Position numbers and translations under genes: made by a program | Shown here: positions 31,609 to 41,204 of the stretch, piece after piece | Layout: every line of letters begins with the position of its first letter | Position numbering within the stretch: the first letter of the stretch is position 1 | Source of the DNA: an uncultured Acidobacteriota bacterium | GTDB taxonomy: Bacteria > Acidobacteriota > UBA6911 | DNA: 64,000 bases | NCBI GenBank assembly: GCA_963843575.1 | Contig: CAWJKZ010000013.1 | Location: 32,001-96,000, forward strand | Direction of reading: 5' to 3' | The notes under the pieces: generated by a model | What the model saw: only the letters and a program-made list of their open reading frames with translations | Databases searched by the model: none | Told to the model about the DNA's origin: nothing

Positions 31609-31749
31609 TGCATGTAATCGCCATGCACCCGTGGACCTCACGGTGGAGTCACTGCAGATCAATCCATTCATAATCAATGGCTTATAGCTATCATAGCGAT
31701 CCTCGCCCAGGCGCCTGTCGGCCCAATGCCTGTATATTGTTTATATGCA
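31609..31749. promoter_or_regulatory. candidate enhancer sites and IHF site
   Basis: TGCATG-N7-CATGCA (31609-31627), TGTATA-N7-TATGCA (31731-31749), and IHF consensus AATCAATGGCTTA (31672-31684). Confidence 0.55.
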
Positions 31750-32000
31750 TTACGCACGGGGACGGACATGAGTAAAACCTTGTGATGCAGTACTTTGAGA
31801 GAGAAATTCGGTAAAATTAAGGTGCCTTAAGCGAGATATTTCAGGCCGAAAATCGAGAAAAGGGAGATACAGGGGCATGGCTGTGGGCGGCTGCGCCCTA
31901 TTTTGAGATTTCGGGCTCGAAAACGTGAAATAAACCGGTTTTTTGGGGCAAAAAATCTAGTTAATCATTGTTTATACAAGGGTTGCCTTTGTCCGTCCCC

Positions 32001-33395
32001 TCATGGGCGAATATTGTGTTTGCGCATGATGGCCTGGAAGTTGGGGCGGGCGATGCCGACCTCCTGGGCCGCGCGACTGACGTTCCAGCCGTTGCGCTCC
32101 AAGGCAGCGAGGGCAAACTCGCGTTCGAGGTCGGCGACGGCCTGTTCCCGGAGCTTCTTCTTGAGCTGCAGGAACTCGTCGTTGTTGCGCGGGATGGGGG
32201 TTTCGCTGGTGAATCCACGGGGTCGGACAGCGCTTGGGAGGTGCCGGGGCTCGATAATCTTCCCGTCGCAAGAGATCGCGGCCCACTCGATGGCGCTCTC
32301 GAGCTGGCGCACGTTCCCCGGCCAGTCGTGCTGGGTCAGGATGCGCAGGGCTTCTTCAGAGATGCGGTCGACTTCCTTGCCGCTGCGTTCGCGAATCCTG
32401 GCCAGGAGGAGTCCCGCCAGGCACGGGACATCCTGCCGGCGGTCGCGCAGGGGCGGCAGATAGATAGGGAAGACGTGCAGCCTGTAGTAAAGGTCCTCCC
32501 GGAACGAGCCTTCCGCCACCATCCGGCTCAGGTCACGGTTGGTCGCGAAGATGAGCCGGACGTCTATGTGTTTCGGTTCGGTGCCGCCGACGGGGAGGAA
32601 CTCGCGCTCCTGGATGAACCGCAGCAGTTTGCCCTGCACTTCGAGATCGACGTTGCAGATCTCGTCCAGGAAGACCGTCCCGTGGTCCGCAGCCTCGAAC
32701 ATCCCTTTCTTGGTCGCGACCGCACCGGTGAACGAACCCTTCACGTGCCCGAAGAGTTCGCTTTCGAGGAGATTGACCGAGAGCGTGCCGCAATCCACGG
32801 CGAAGAAGCGCTGATTCTTCCTTGTGCTGGCGCTGTGGATGGCTCGGGCCACGAGCTCTTTCCCGGTGCCGCTCTCGCCGACGATGAGGACCGTGCTCGA
32901 GGTCGGCGCGACTTTTCTGATCAGCTTGAAAACCTCCTGCATCGGTGGGCTTTCGCCGACCATCCCTTCAAAACCTTGCACCGGCGCGCCGCTTTCCATC
33001 GCACGGCTTTCGAGGATGCGTCGCCGTTTCTCCCAGGCACTGGCCACCACGGCCCGCATCTCCTCAGGAGTGAAGGGCTTGGGCAGGTAATCGAAGGCGC
33101 CCAGCTTCATCGTCTCGACCACCGATGCGATGGTCGAATACCCGGTGATCACGACCGGAACGATGTCGGGGAATCGGTTGCGCAGCTCCTGCAACAGCTC
33201 CATCCCACCCATCTCCGCCATTTTGAGATCGGTGAAGACGAGATCGAACGGCTCCTGCTCGAGCAGCGCCAAGGCTTGCTTGCCCGAGAGGACGCTCCTT
33301 ACTTCGTAGCCGTGGCGGCCGAGGATCTTCTCGCAGGACTTGCAGATGGAAAGCTCGTCGTCCACGACGAGTACCCGGGGCAGGGGGCTAGTCAT
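32001..33395 (-). CDS. sigma54-dependent response regulator (NtrC/AtoC family)
   Basis: REC domain, GESGTGKE, ESELFGHVKGSFTGA, WPGNVRQL, HTH. Confidence 0.92.
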   Translation of the reverse strand: MTSPLPRVLVVDDELSICKSCEKILGRHGYEVRSVLSGKQALALLEQEPFDLVFTDLKMAEMGGMELLQELRNRFPDIVPVVITGYSTIASVVETMKLGAFDYLPKPFTPEEMRAVVASAWEKRRRILESRAMESGAPVQGFEGMVGESPPMQEVFKLIRKVAPTSSTVLIVGESGTGKELVARAIHSASTRKNQRFFAVDCGTLSVNLLESELFGHVKGSFTGAVATKKGMFEAADHGTVFLDEICNVDLEVQGKLLRFIQEREFLPVGGTEPKHIDVRLIFATNRDLSRMVAEGSFREDLYYRLHVFPIYLPPLRDRRQDVPCLAGLLLARIRERSGKEVDRISEEALRILTQHDWPGNVRQLESAIEWAAISCDGKIIEPRHLPSAVRPRGFTSETPIPRNNDEFLQLKKKLREQAVADLEREFALAALERNGWNVSRAAQEVGIARPNFQAIMRKHNIRP

Positions 33396-35433
33396 CGGGA
33401 TCCTTCTCGTCGGCGGGGACGCGAATGGTGATCTTTGTCCCCCTCCCGGGAGACCTGTCGATGTCTATCGTACCCTTGTGGCGTTCCACGATGCCGTAGG
33501 CGATGGCGAGTCCCAACCCGGTACCCGTCTTCTTCGTGGTGAAAAACGGCTCGAAGAGTTTGCCCATGATTTCCTGCGGGATACCTGGTCCCGTGTCGCT
33601 GATGGAAAGCCGCACGCGGCCCGCGCCGTCTAGCCCCGACGCCACACGGAGCTCGCCGCCGTCGGGCATGGCTTCGGCGGCATTGATGACGATATTGAGC
33701 ACAACCTGGCGCATCTGGTCGTGATCGGCCATCACTGCCGGCAGGTTGGGATCGAGCATGGTGTGTAGATCGATGTTGCGGAAAATGGCCTGGTTGCGCA
33801 CCAGGCTCAGGATGTCGTCGACCACGCCGTTGAGGTCCACCTTCTGCTTCTGGGGCTTGGTCTGCCGGGCGAAATCCAACAGCCCCTTGACGATCTTGCG
33901 GCAGCGCAGCGTCTCGTCCACGATCAGCTGCAGGTCCTCCCGGCGCGGGTCTCCGTGCGGGAAGTCCTCGACCATGAGGCTACTGTTGGTAAGGATGCCG
34001 GTGAGTGGGTTGTTGATCTCGTGGGCGACGCCCGCCGCCAGCTTGCCGATGGCCGCGAGCTTCTCGGTCTGGATGAGGTTCCCCTGCATCGCTTTGAGCT
34101 GGGCGGTGCGCTCTTCGACCTTCGATTCGAGATTGGCGGCCGACTCCCGCAGTTCCCGGGCGGAGCTCTCCAGTTCCCGCGTCATGCGGTTGAAACACTC
34201 GGCCAGGTGTCCGATCTCGTCATGGGTGGTCACCTCCACCTGCGGCGTATAGTCGCCGTCGGCCACCTTCTGCGCGGCCTCTGCCATGGCGTGGATCGGG
34301 CGAGAGATACGGCCTGCGACCGTGACGGCCACCCAGCTCACGATGGCGACGCCGAGCAGCGTGATCCCCAGAAAGAGAATGAGTGTGCGCCAGAGGCTGT
34401 CGGAATACGGGCGCTCCAAAGTACCGACGTACAGCATGCCGATAATGTCGTCGTTCGGCCCGCGGATGGGAGCGTAGGCCGACAGGTACCAGTCGTTGAC
34501 GACGAAGGCGCGGCCGCGCCAGGTCTGCCCGCGCCGCAGTACGGCCTCGGCTACCTCCGCCGAGACCCGGGTCGTGATCGCCCGGGTGCCGTCGGCGTTG
34601 TAGACATTGGTCGAGATACGCACGTCGTCCTGGAAGATCGTGGCCGTACCGACCTCGCGCCCCCGGTACATCTCCTCCTTGAAGACGATCTTGCGCACCC
34701 GGTCCACGATGTCGTAGCTGCGGTTGATGAGCACGCCGCCGTACAGGACGCCGATGAGTCTCCCGCGCGGGCTGAAAACCGGCGCGGCCGCCTTGAAGAC
34801 CATTCCGGATGTCTGTCGCCGCTTGGCCGAAGGCTCGGCCATGGGGGTCGGGGTGAGCTCCATCAGCGCCTGCCTGGCAAGTTCGGGCGACTCCGCCGCC
34901 AATTCCGCCGCGGAAACTATGACGGCGGAGGCGCAGGGGGCTTTCTCCCGGATCGTCCTGCTCACCAGATCGTCCCCCGCCTGGCTGTCGCCTTTGAGCG
35001 CCGGGTTGCGTGTCCGATAAAACACGCGGCCCGAGTCGTCGGTCAGGGTCAGGATATCGAGCCCCTCGGCCGCTCTTACCCGTTCCATCTCGGGGCCGAG
35101 GGCGCCGTCGTCGTTGCGATCGAGCGCGCCATAGATGATCATCCGGGTGGCGTGGATGCGGAGTGCATCCTGGAGTCTCTCCAGATAGTTACGGGAGATT
35201 TCGCGCGCACCCTCCAAGTCCGAGTCCACCTGTGTCTGGGCGCGCGTGTAGATCTGGTCATAGATCACCTTCACGCCAACGACAACGGTGACGAGCGAAG
35301 GGATCAGGATGGCGCTGGTGAAACTGCTGATGAGTTTCCGGCGGATGCTCGATCTGGTAACAGGCTTGGTCCCGCCAACCTGCTCCTCAGATGCGGCGGT
35401 TCTGACACTGGACACGGCCAACAACCCCCTCAC
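33388..35433 (-). CDS. Cache-domain sensor histidine kinase
   Basis: TM-Cache (TATIFQDDVRISTNV, GRAFVVNDWYLSAYAPI)-TM-HAMP-H box AHEINNP-HATPase; start uncertain (GTG overlapping the MarR stop). Confidence 0.88.
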   Translation of the reverse strand: MRGLLAVSSVRTAASEEQVGGTKPVTRSSIRRKLISSFTSAILIPSLVTVVVGVKVIYDQIYTRAQTQVDSDLEGAREISRNYLERLQDALRIHATRMIIYGALDRNDDGALGPEMERVRAAEGLDILTLTDDSGRVFYRTRNPALKGDSQAGDDLVSRTIREKAPCASAVIVSAAELAAESPELARQALMELTPTPMAEPSAKRRQTSGMVFKAAAPVFSPRGRLIGVLYGGVLINRSYDIVDRVRKIVFKEEMYRGREVGTATIFQDDVRISTNVYNADGTRAITTRVSAEVAEAVLRRGQTWRGRAFVVNDWYLSAYAPIRGPNDDIIGMLYVGTLERPYSDSLWRTLILFLGITLLGVAIVSWVAVTVAGRISRPIHAMAEAAQKVADGDYTPQVEVTTHDEIGHLAECFNRMTRELESSARELRESAANLESKVEERTAQLKAMQGNLIQTEKLAAIGKLAAGVAHEINNPLTGILTNSSLMVEDFPHGDPRREDLQLIVDETLRCRKIVKGLLDFARQTKPQKQKVDLNGVVDDILSLVRNQAIFRNIDLHTMLDPNLPAVMADHDQMRQVVLNIVINAAEAMPDGGELRVASGLDGAGRVRLSISDTGPGIPQEIMGKLFEPFFTTKKTGTGLGLAIAYGIVERHKGTIDIDRSPGRGTKITIRVPADEKDPDD

Positions 35434-36044
35434 CGTTTGCCGGCGGGGCGCACGCGGGGCTCTCCCGCCCCTTTTCGCTCGCCGTCCTTCTGGCGCATGT
35501 AAAGACACTGCCGGCTCATCTCCTGCCCGAGTAGACAGCGCTCCCGGAAGTAGATCCCGCACTGCACGCAGACATCCTCCGACTTGGCGGAGTACGCGAT
35601 GATCAGGGCCGACACCCGATCCAGCAATCGCGTCAAGTCGGACAGGGCGTCGGGCGGCATTTCGCCGAGTATTTCCGCGAGCTTCTCCCGTGTGGCCGAT
35701 TCATGCGCCTCAAGCAATCGCCGGCCCGGCCCGGTGACCGACAGGTGGATGGCACGCCGATCCGCTTCCCCCTCGCTCCGCCTCAGGAACATGCGGCGCA
35801 CCAGCTTGTCCACTGCTTTGCTCGCCGCCGCATTGCTGATCCCCAGGAACGCAGCCACGTCGCCGATCTTGTGCTCCCCCGAGAGCGCAACCAGCTTGAG
35901 CAGCTTTAACTGCGAGACTGTCAACTGATTGCCCGCCGCCTCGCGCCAGACCTTTTCCTCGATGATCTGCGAGACCGCGTTCGCGAAGATATGAGCGCTC
36001 CCCAGGAAGGCCCGGATCACGTCCGCCTTGTTCGCATCCGACAT
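35430..36044 (-). CDS. MarR-family transcriptional regulator with C-terminal Cys motif
   Basis: LTVSQLKLL, wHTH AASKAVDKLV, DRRAIHLSVT, tail CVQCGIYFRERC...QC. Confidence 0.85.
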   Translation of the reverse strand: MSDANKADVIRAFLGSAHIFANAVSQIIEEKVWREAAGNQLTVSQLKLLKLVALSGEHKIGDVAAFLGISNAAASKAVDKLVRRMFLRRSEGEADRRAIHLSVTGPGRRLLEAHESATREKLAEILGEMPPDALSDLTRLLDRVSALIIAYSAKSEDVCVQCGIYFRERCLLGQEMSRQCLYMRQKDGERKGAGEPRVRPAGKR

Positions 36045-36404
36045 GGGATCAGCCCCTCCTCGGCTTGCCCTGCAGCCGTTACCCACCACCGTTGGGCGAC
36101 CTCACGCATCCCGGTACGCTCCGATGCACACCCGCGGGTTATTCCACCCAGAGATGGTCATTTAACCAAGTTTACTATAATTCAGGTTTACTATCACGTG
36201 TGTTTCACATGTGCACGATCTGACTATTTTACTTCATCCGGTTCATTTCAGTGAAGTTATTCGACTTCGCAGATAGGGCGTCCCGCCGGGGCTCGTTGGA
36301 AGGACATGTGCATGGGTCTTCGTGACAACTCTTGGAGGCCAGTACGCGAACCCCGTTCATCAGCGGCCGTCCCACCCAATCGTCCACACCCAGGAGGATC
36401 TGCC

Positions 36405-36986
36405 ATGGGGGCAGTGCAACAAACCGTTCTTTATGAACAGGCGATGGACCCGCACCTGCTCGAGGAGATCTGCTCCACGCCCGGGGGCGCCAAGATAAAG
36501 GACTGCATCCAGTGCGGCACCTGCAGCGGATCGTGCCCGGTGTCCTGGGCGATGGAGGAGACGCCGCGTCAGATCTTCGCGATGATCCGGGCCGGAATGA
36601 AGGAAAGACTCCTCGACACTCTTACGATCTGGACGTGCGCGTCCTGCTACCAGTGCGCGAGCCGCTGCCCGCAGCAGATCAAGATCACCGACGTCATGTA
36701 TGCGCTCAAGCGCATGGCCATCCGCGAAAACCGCACCCGCAGCAAGAAAGCCCGGCTGTTCGCCCAGGAATTCGCGGCGGTGGTCAACCGGCACGGGCGG
36801 GGCCGAGAGACGGAGCTGATGGTGCGCTACATGCTGGCCACCAACCCTCTCGGCGCGTTGTCCGCGGCCCCTGTCGGCATCAACCTGTTCACGCGCGGCC
36901 GGCTTCCGCTCGGCGGGGGATCGGTGCGCGACATCGCAGGCCTCCGGAAGATCATCGCCAAGGCCGGTGAACTGGGAGGTGAGTGA
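36405..36986 (+). CDS. hdrC: heterodisulfide reductase subunit C
   Basis: AGGAGG RBS; CIQCGTCSGSCP and WTCASCYQCASRCP. Confidence 0.9.
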   Translation: MGAVQQTVLYEQAMDPHLLEEICSTPGGAKIKDCIQCGTCSGSCPVSWAMEETPRQIFAMIRAGMKERLLDTLTIWTCASCYQCASRCPQQIKITDVMYALKRMAIRENRTRSKKARLFAQEFAAVVNRHGRGRETELMVRYMLATNPLGALSAAPVGINLFTRGRLPLGGGSVRDIAGLRKIIAKAGELGGE

Positions 36987-37864
36987 TGCGGTACGCGTAT
37001 TTTCCGGGTTGTTCGCTCGATTCCACGGCACGACCTTACGGCGAGTCGGTTGAGGCGGTCGCTTCCGCACTGGGCATGGAACTGGTCGAGGTAGACGACT
37101 GGAACTGTTGCGGCGCGACCGCCTACATGTGCGTAAACGAGATCCTCTCGTTCAGCCTGAACGCCCGCAACCTGTGCCAGGCCTCCAAGACGGGAGGGCC
37201 GCTGGTCACGCCGTGCAGCGCCTGCTTTACGAACCTGCGCAAGACCGAGAAGTATCTGGCAGACTTCCCGGACATAAAGAAGAAGGTCGACGCTGCCCTG
37301 GCCGAGGCGGGTTTGCGCTACGACGGCGGCATCGAGACGAAGCACCTGTTACAGGTGGTCGTCGAGGATGTCGGGCTGGAGCGCCTGAAGAGCGCGGTGA
37401 AAAAGCCGCTAGCAGGGTTGCGGGTCGCACCGTACTACGGCTGCCAGATCGCCAGGCCGTACGGCATCGAAGACGACAGCGACGACCCGACGATGCTCGA
37501 TCGCCTCCTGGCCGGGCTTGGGGCGACGCCCACCCACTTCCCGATGAAGACGGTCTGCTGCGGCGGCTCCCTCATCGGAACCCGCGAGGAAGTCGCCCTG
37601 CGGCTCTGCCGTAACCTGCTCATGTGCGCCCAGCAGGATGCGGCCGACTGTATCGCGGTCGCCTGCCCCGTGTGTCAACTCAACCTGGACGCCTACCAGG
37701 CGGCGATCAACAAGTCCTACGGGACGGACTTCAACATCCCTGTCGTCTATTTCACCCAGCTGATCGGTCTCGCGCTGGGGCTCGAGTCCGACGCCCTCGG
37801 ACTGCAGCGCTGCATCGTGCCGGCGACGAGAGTTTTCGCCCGGTTTGCACAGGAGACGCGATGA
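36983..37864 (+). CDS. hdrB: heterodisulfide reductase subunit B
   Basis: YFPGCSL, DWNCCGA, YYGCQ, CCGG, CPVCQLNLD (two CCG domains). Confidence 0.93.
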   Translation: MMRYAYFPGCSLDSTARPYGESVEAVASALGMELVEVDDWNCCGATAYMCVNEILSFSLNARNLCQASKTGGPLVTPCSACFTNLRKTEKYLADFPDIKKKVDAALAEAGLRYDGGIETKHLLQVVVEDVGLERLKSAVKKPLAGLRVAPYYGCQIARPYGIEDDSDDPTMLDRLLAGLGATPTHFPMKTVCCGGSLIGTREEVALRLCRNLLMCAQQDAADCIAVACPVCQLNLDAYQAAINKSYGTDFNIPVVYFTQLIGLALGLESDALGLQRCIVPATRVFARFAQETR

Positions 37865-38724
37865 ACACCAAAATCGGGGTTTATATCTGCCACTGCGGCA
37901 CCAATATTTCCGGCAAGGTAAACGTCTCCGAAGTCACGGAGTTCGCCCGGACGCTCCCCGCCGTAGCGGTCGCGCGGGAGTACAAGTTCATGTGCTCGGA
38001 TCCCGGCCAGATCCTCATACAGGACGATATCAAGAACGCGGGGCTGGACCGGGTCGTGGTGGCTTCCTGCTCCCCTCTGATGCACGAGCCGACCTTCCGA
38101 GGCGCCTGCGAGCGCGCGGACCTCAATCGCTATCTCTTCCAGATGGCGAACATCCGCGAGCATTGTTCCTGGGTGACGGTCGACCCGAATGCGGCGACCG
38201 ACAAGGCGAAGGCACTGGTGGCGGCCGCGGTCGCAAAGGCGTCGGCGCTGGACCCGCTCCCGCGCAAGACGGTCCCAGTCAAAAATGCCGCCGTGGTGGT
38301 TGGGGGCGGCATCGCGGGGATACAGGCGGCACTCGACATCGCGGATTCCGGGCGCACCGTGTACCTGATCGAGCGCGAGCCCTCGATCGGGGGGCACATG
38401 GCCCGCTTCGACAAGACCTTCCCGACGCTCGACTGCGCGGCGTGCATCCTCACGCCGAAGATGGTGCAGGTGGGCAAGCACCCCAACATCAAGCTGATGC
38501 CCTCGACCGAGGTGGAGGAGGTCAGCGGCTTTGTCGGCAACTTCCGGGTGAAGGTCCGGCACAAGGCGACCTACGTGGACAAGGACAAGTGTTCGGGGTG
38601 CGGCATGTGCTGGGAGTCCTGCCCGGCCCGGAAGATCCCTGCGCGCCGGGTGATTCGAAAGGGAAAGCTCATGATCGGTCGGAGCGCCAACGGGAACGGT
38701 TTCCACGGCGGCAGCGCGAAATGA
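37861..38724 (+). CDS. hdrA: heterodisulfide reductase subunit A, N-terminal half (split HdrA)
   Basis: IGVYICHCGTNI, VVASCSPLMHEPTF, NIREHCSWV, GGGIAG, DKTFPTLDCAAC, then a single CxxCxxCxxxCP and stop. Confidence 0.88.
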   Translation: MNTKIGVYICHCGTNISGKVNVSEVTEFARTLPAVAVAREYKFMCSDPGQILIQDDIKNAGLDRVVVASCSPLMHEPTFRGACERADLNRYLFQMANIREHCSWVTVDPNAATDKAKALVAAAVAKASALDPLPRKTVPVKNAAVVVGGGIAGIQAALDIADSGRTVYLIEREPSIGGHMARFDKTFPTLDCAACILTPKMVQVGKHPNIKLMPSTEVEEVSGFVGNFRVKVRHKATYVDKDKCSGCGMCWESCPARKIPARRVIRKGKLMIGRSANGNGFHGGSAK

Positions 38725-39083
38725 ACTCACTGCCACAACCGCGGACCCTGACCCTGGCCCAGGTACGGGACATGCTGAACGCCCAGGCCTTCACCGAACT
38801 CGATCTCTCGGCTCCTGTCCAGCGGGTGGGCGCGGCGGATCTGATGAGCGACGTGCTCGCTCTGGGCTGGCCGGGGATGCTCCTGCTGACGGGCCTGGTC
38901 GGCCCCCAGGTGATTCGGACTGCCATCGTGGCGGACCTGTGCGGGGTCGTTTTCGTGCGCGGGAAAAAGCCTAGCGATGACATCCTGGCACTGGCGTTGA
39001 AGGCCCGAATCCCGGTCCTGGGGACGGCACTGACGATGTTCGAGGCGGCGGGGGTGCTCTACGGAGCAATCGGCGGCAGGTGA
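38721..39083 (+). CDS. DRTGG-domain protein
   Basis: AADLMSDVLA, LLLTGL, QVIRTA, VVFVRGKKP. Confidence 0.85.
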   Translation: MNSLPQPRTLTLAQVRDMLNAQAFTELDLSAPVQRVGAADLMSDVLALGWPGMLLLTGLVGPQVIRTAIVADLCGVVFVRGKKPSDDILALALKARIPVLGTALTMFEAAGVLYGAIGGR

Positions 39084-39086
39084 GCG

Positions 39087-39518
39087 ATGGAGCGCGAGGA
39101 GTTCGAGTCCAGCTACCAGGTCGCCGGCCGCGACTTCACGAACGCCGGGAGGGTCTCGACCGACATTAAGGACACGCTCAAGCGCCTCGGCGTCGCCCCG
39201 TCGATCATGCGCAGGGTCGCGATCGCCTGCTACGAGGCGGAGATGAACATAGTCATGTACGCCCATCGCGGGCGGATGGCCCTCCGGGTCAGCCCCCGGG
39301 TGGTGACCATCGAAGCCGCCGACGAAGGACCGGGCATCCAGGACATTGAGCTTGCGATGCAGGAGGGTTATTCGACGGCGACGCCGGAGATGAGAGAAAT
39401 GGGGTTCGGCGCCGGGATGGGGCTGCCGAACATCCGCAGAAACAGCGACGAACTCGAGATCAGTTCCACCGTCGGCCGGGGCACACGGCTGGTGATCCGC
39501 GTGCTCCAATCCGCGTGA
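39087..39518 (+). CDS. anti-sigma factor / Ser-Thr kinase (RsbT-like HATPase)
   Basis: YEAEMNIV, DEGPGI, EGYSTA, GFGAGMGLPNI. Confidence 0.9.
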   Translation: MEREEFESSYQVAGRDFTNAGRVSTDIKDTLKRLGVAPSIMRRVAIACYEAEMNIVMYAHRGRMALRVSPRVVTIEAADEGPGIQDIELAMQEGYSTATPEMREMGFGAGMGLPNIRRNSDELEISSTVGRGTRLVIRVLQSA

Positions 39519-40852
39519 GGAAGAACGTGGCCGCTCAGTACCATCATTCGTTGCGGTTCGATTCCGAGAATTGCGACGGCTGCATGTCCTGTCTGCGTGC
39601 CTGCCCGACGGCAGCGGTGCGGGTGCGCAACGGCCACGCGGTCAAGCTGGCGGACCGGTGCATCGATTGCGGCGAGTGCATCCGGGTCTGCCCCCGCGGC
39701 GCCATCGTTCCCCTCACAAACCACATGGCCGACCTGTCGAAGTTCGAGTGCACGGTGGCCGTGCCCTCGCCGGCCCTCTACGCCCAGTTCGACGCCGATG
39801 TGTCGCCGGGCGCCATCTTCGCCGCCCTCCGCCAGTGCGGCTTTGACGATGTGGAGTGCCTGTCGCCGGCCTGCGATTCCGTCAGCGCGGCCACCGAGAT
39901 GTACCTCAACGCGTACCGGGGCCAGTATCCTCTTATCTCGTCGTTCTGCCCGACCGTGGTCCGGCTAGTCCAGGTGAAGTATCCCGAACTGGTGGACCAA
40001 CTGCTGCCGGTACTGGCTCCGCGCGAGGTTTCCGCCCGGGACGCCAAGGCCCGCAAATCGGCCGAGACCGGCCTTGCCCCCGATCAGATTGGCGCGGTGT
40101 ACATCACCCCGTGCCCCGGCAAGATGGTGGCCATCCTGGAACACCCCGGCATGCAGAGGTCATATCTTGACACCGCCATCTCCATCAGCGACCTCTTCCA
40201 GACCCTTGCGGCGGCAGTCGCCGGTATCGACGATTCCGAGGCGTACCGGCAGGCCGCCGAAACCGCCTCGGGTGTGAGCTGGGCCTTCATGGGCGGTTTG
40301 CCGCGTTCGCTCCCCGCCGAGAACACCCTCGCGGTCGCCGGCCTCCCCAACGTGATCCGCATCCTGGACGACGTCGAAAAGGGGAAGCTTCGGAGGTACT
40401 CGTTCATCGACTGCCACGCCTGCGCCGAGGGGTGTGTGGGCGGATGCCTCACGGTGGAAAACCCGTACGTGGCGCGCGGCAAGATGATCATGTTGTGGCA
40501 GACACTCCCTGCCGGCCCGGCGCTTGACCGCGACGACGTGGAGCGGCGCTACCGCGAAGGCGCGTTCCTGATGGACGAGCCCCTGGCGAGCCGCCCGCTC
40601 AGGCCGCTCGACGAGGACATCTCGCGTGCCATCGCCAAGATGAAGCAGAGGGACCGGATCGTGGCGACCCTGCCCGGGATCGACTGCGGCGCCTGCGGCG
40701 CTCCGTCTTGCCGGGCCTTTGCCGAGGACGTGGTCCTCGGGGACGCCGGGGAAGAGTCGTGCGTCTTCTTTCTCCAGCAGGAGCTCACCGACAGGATCGA
40801 AGGGCTCGCACGCCTCGTCCAGGGCAAGCGCCCCGATGGAGGCCTGAAATGA
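39515..40852 (+). CDS. [FeFe]-hydrogenase-like Fe-S protein (degenerate H-cluster motifs, C-terminal FeS domain)
   Basis: Two N-terminal ferredoxin motifs; SSFCP / TPCPGK / CAEGCVGG; LPGIDCGACGAPSC. Confidence 0.85.
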   Translation: MRKNVAAQYHHSLRFDSENCDGCMSCLRACPTAAVRVRNGHAVKLADRCIDCGECIRVCPRGAIVPLTNHMADLSKFECTVAVPSPALYAQFDADVSPGAIFAALRQCGFDDVECLSPACDSVSAATEMYLNAYRGQYPLISSFCPTVVRLVQVKYPELVDQLLPVLAPREVSARDAKARKSAETGLAPDQIGAVYITPCPGKMVAILEHPGMQRSYLDTAISISDLFQTLAAAVAGIDDSEAYRQAAETASGVSWAFMGGLPRSLPAENTLAVAGLPNVIRILDDVEKGKLRRYSFIDCHACAEGCVGGCLTVENPYVARGKMIMLWQTLPAGPALDRDDVERRYREGAFLMDEPLASRPLRPLDEDISRAIAKMKQRDRIVATLPGIDCGACGAPSCRAFAEDVVLGDAGEESCVFFLQQELTDRIEGLARLVQGKRPDGGLK

Positions 40853-41202
40853 ACGTCGAACAGCTTGCAGCGCAGCTCGGTGCGGAAGTGGTATGCGGGG
40901 GGGCTCGGGCCGCGAGCCGCGAGATCCTCGGCGGCTACGCCTCGGACCTGCTTTCGGACGTGATGGCCAATAGCTGCGAAGGGGACCTCTGGGTGACGCT
41001 GCAGCGGCACGTCAATGTCGTGGCGGTGGCCCAGCTCAAAGGGCTGGCCGGGATCCTCCTGGTGAACGGGCGCCGGCCCGAGCCGGCCGCAGCCGAACGC
41101 GCGGACGTGGAGGGCATTCCGATCGTCACCACGGGATTGCCGGCGTTTGAGGTGATCGGCCGCCTTTGCGGGATGGGCATCGGGGGAAGGAGGTCGGGCT
41201 GA
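40849..41202 (+). CDS. DRTGG-domain protein
   Basis: GGYASDLLSDVMAN, WVTLQRHVNVVAVA. Confidence 0.85.
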   Translation: MNVEQLAAQLGAEVVCGGARAASREILGGYASDLLSDVMANSCEGDLWVTLQRHVNVVAVAQLKGLAGILLVNGRRPEPAAAERADVEGIPIVTTGLPAFEVIGRLCGMGIGGRRSG

Positions 41203-41204
41203 GA

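Noticed and set aside
36195-36265. Rex operator upstream of hdrC
   Set aside because: Only partial matches to TTGTGAA-N4-TTCACAA.
39515-40852. Catalytic H2-evolving [FeFe]-hydrogenase
   Set aside because: L1 lacks the proton-transfer Cys (SSFCP), L2 and L3 are degenerate, and there are no maturases in the window; better treated as a sensory or FeS accessory protein.
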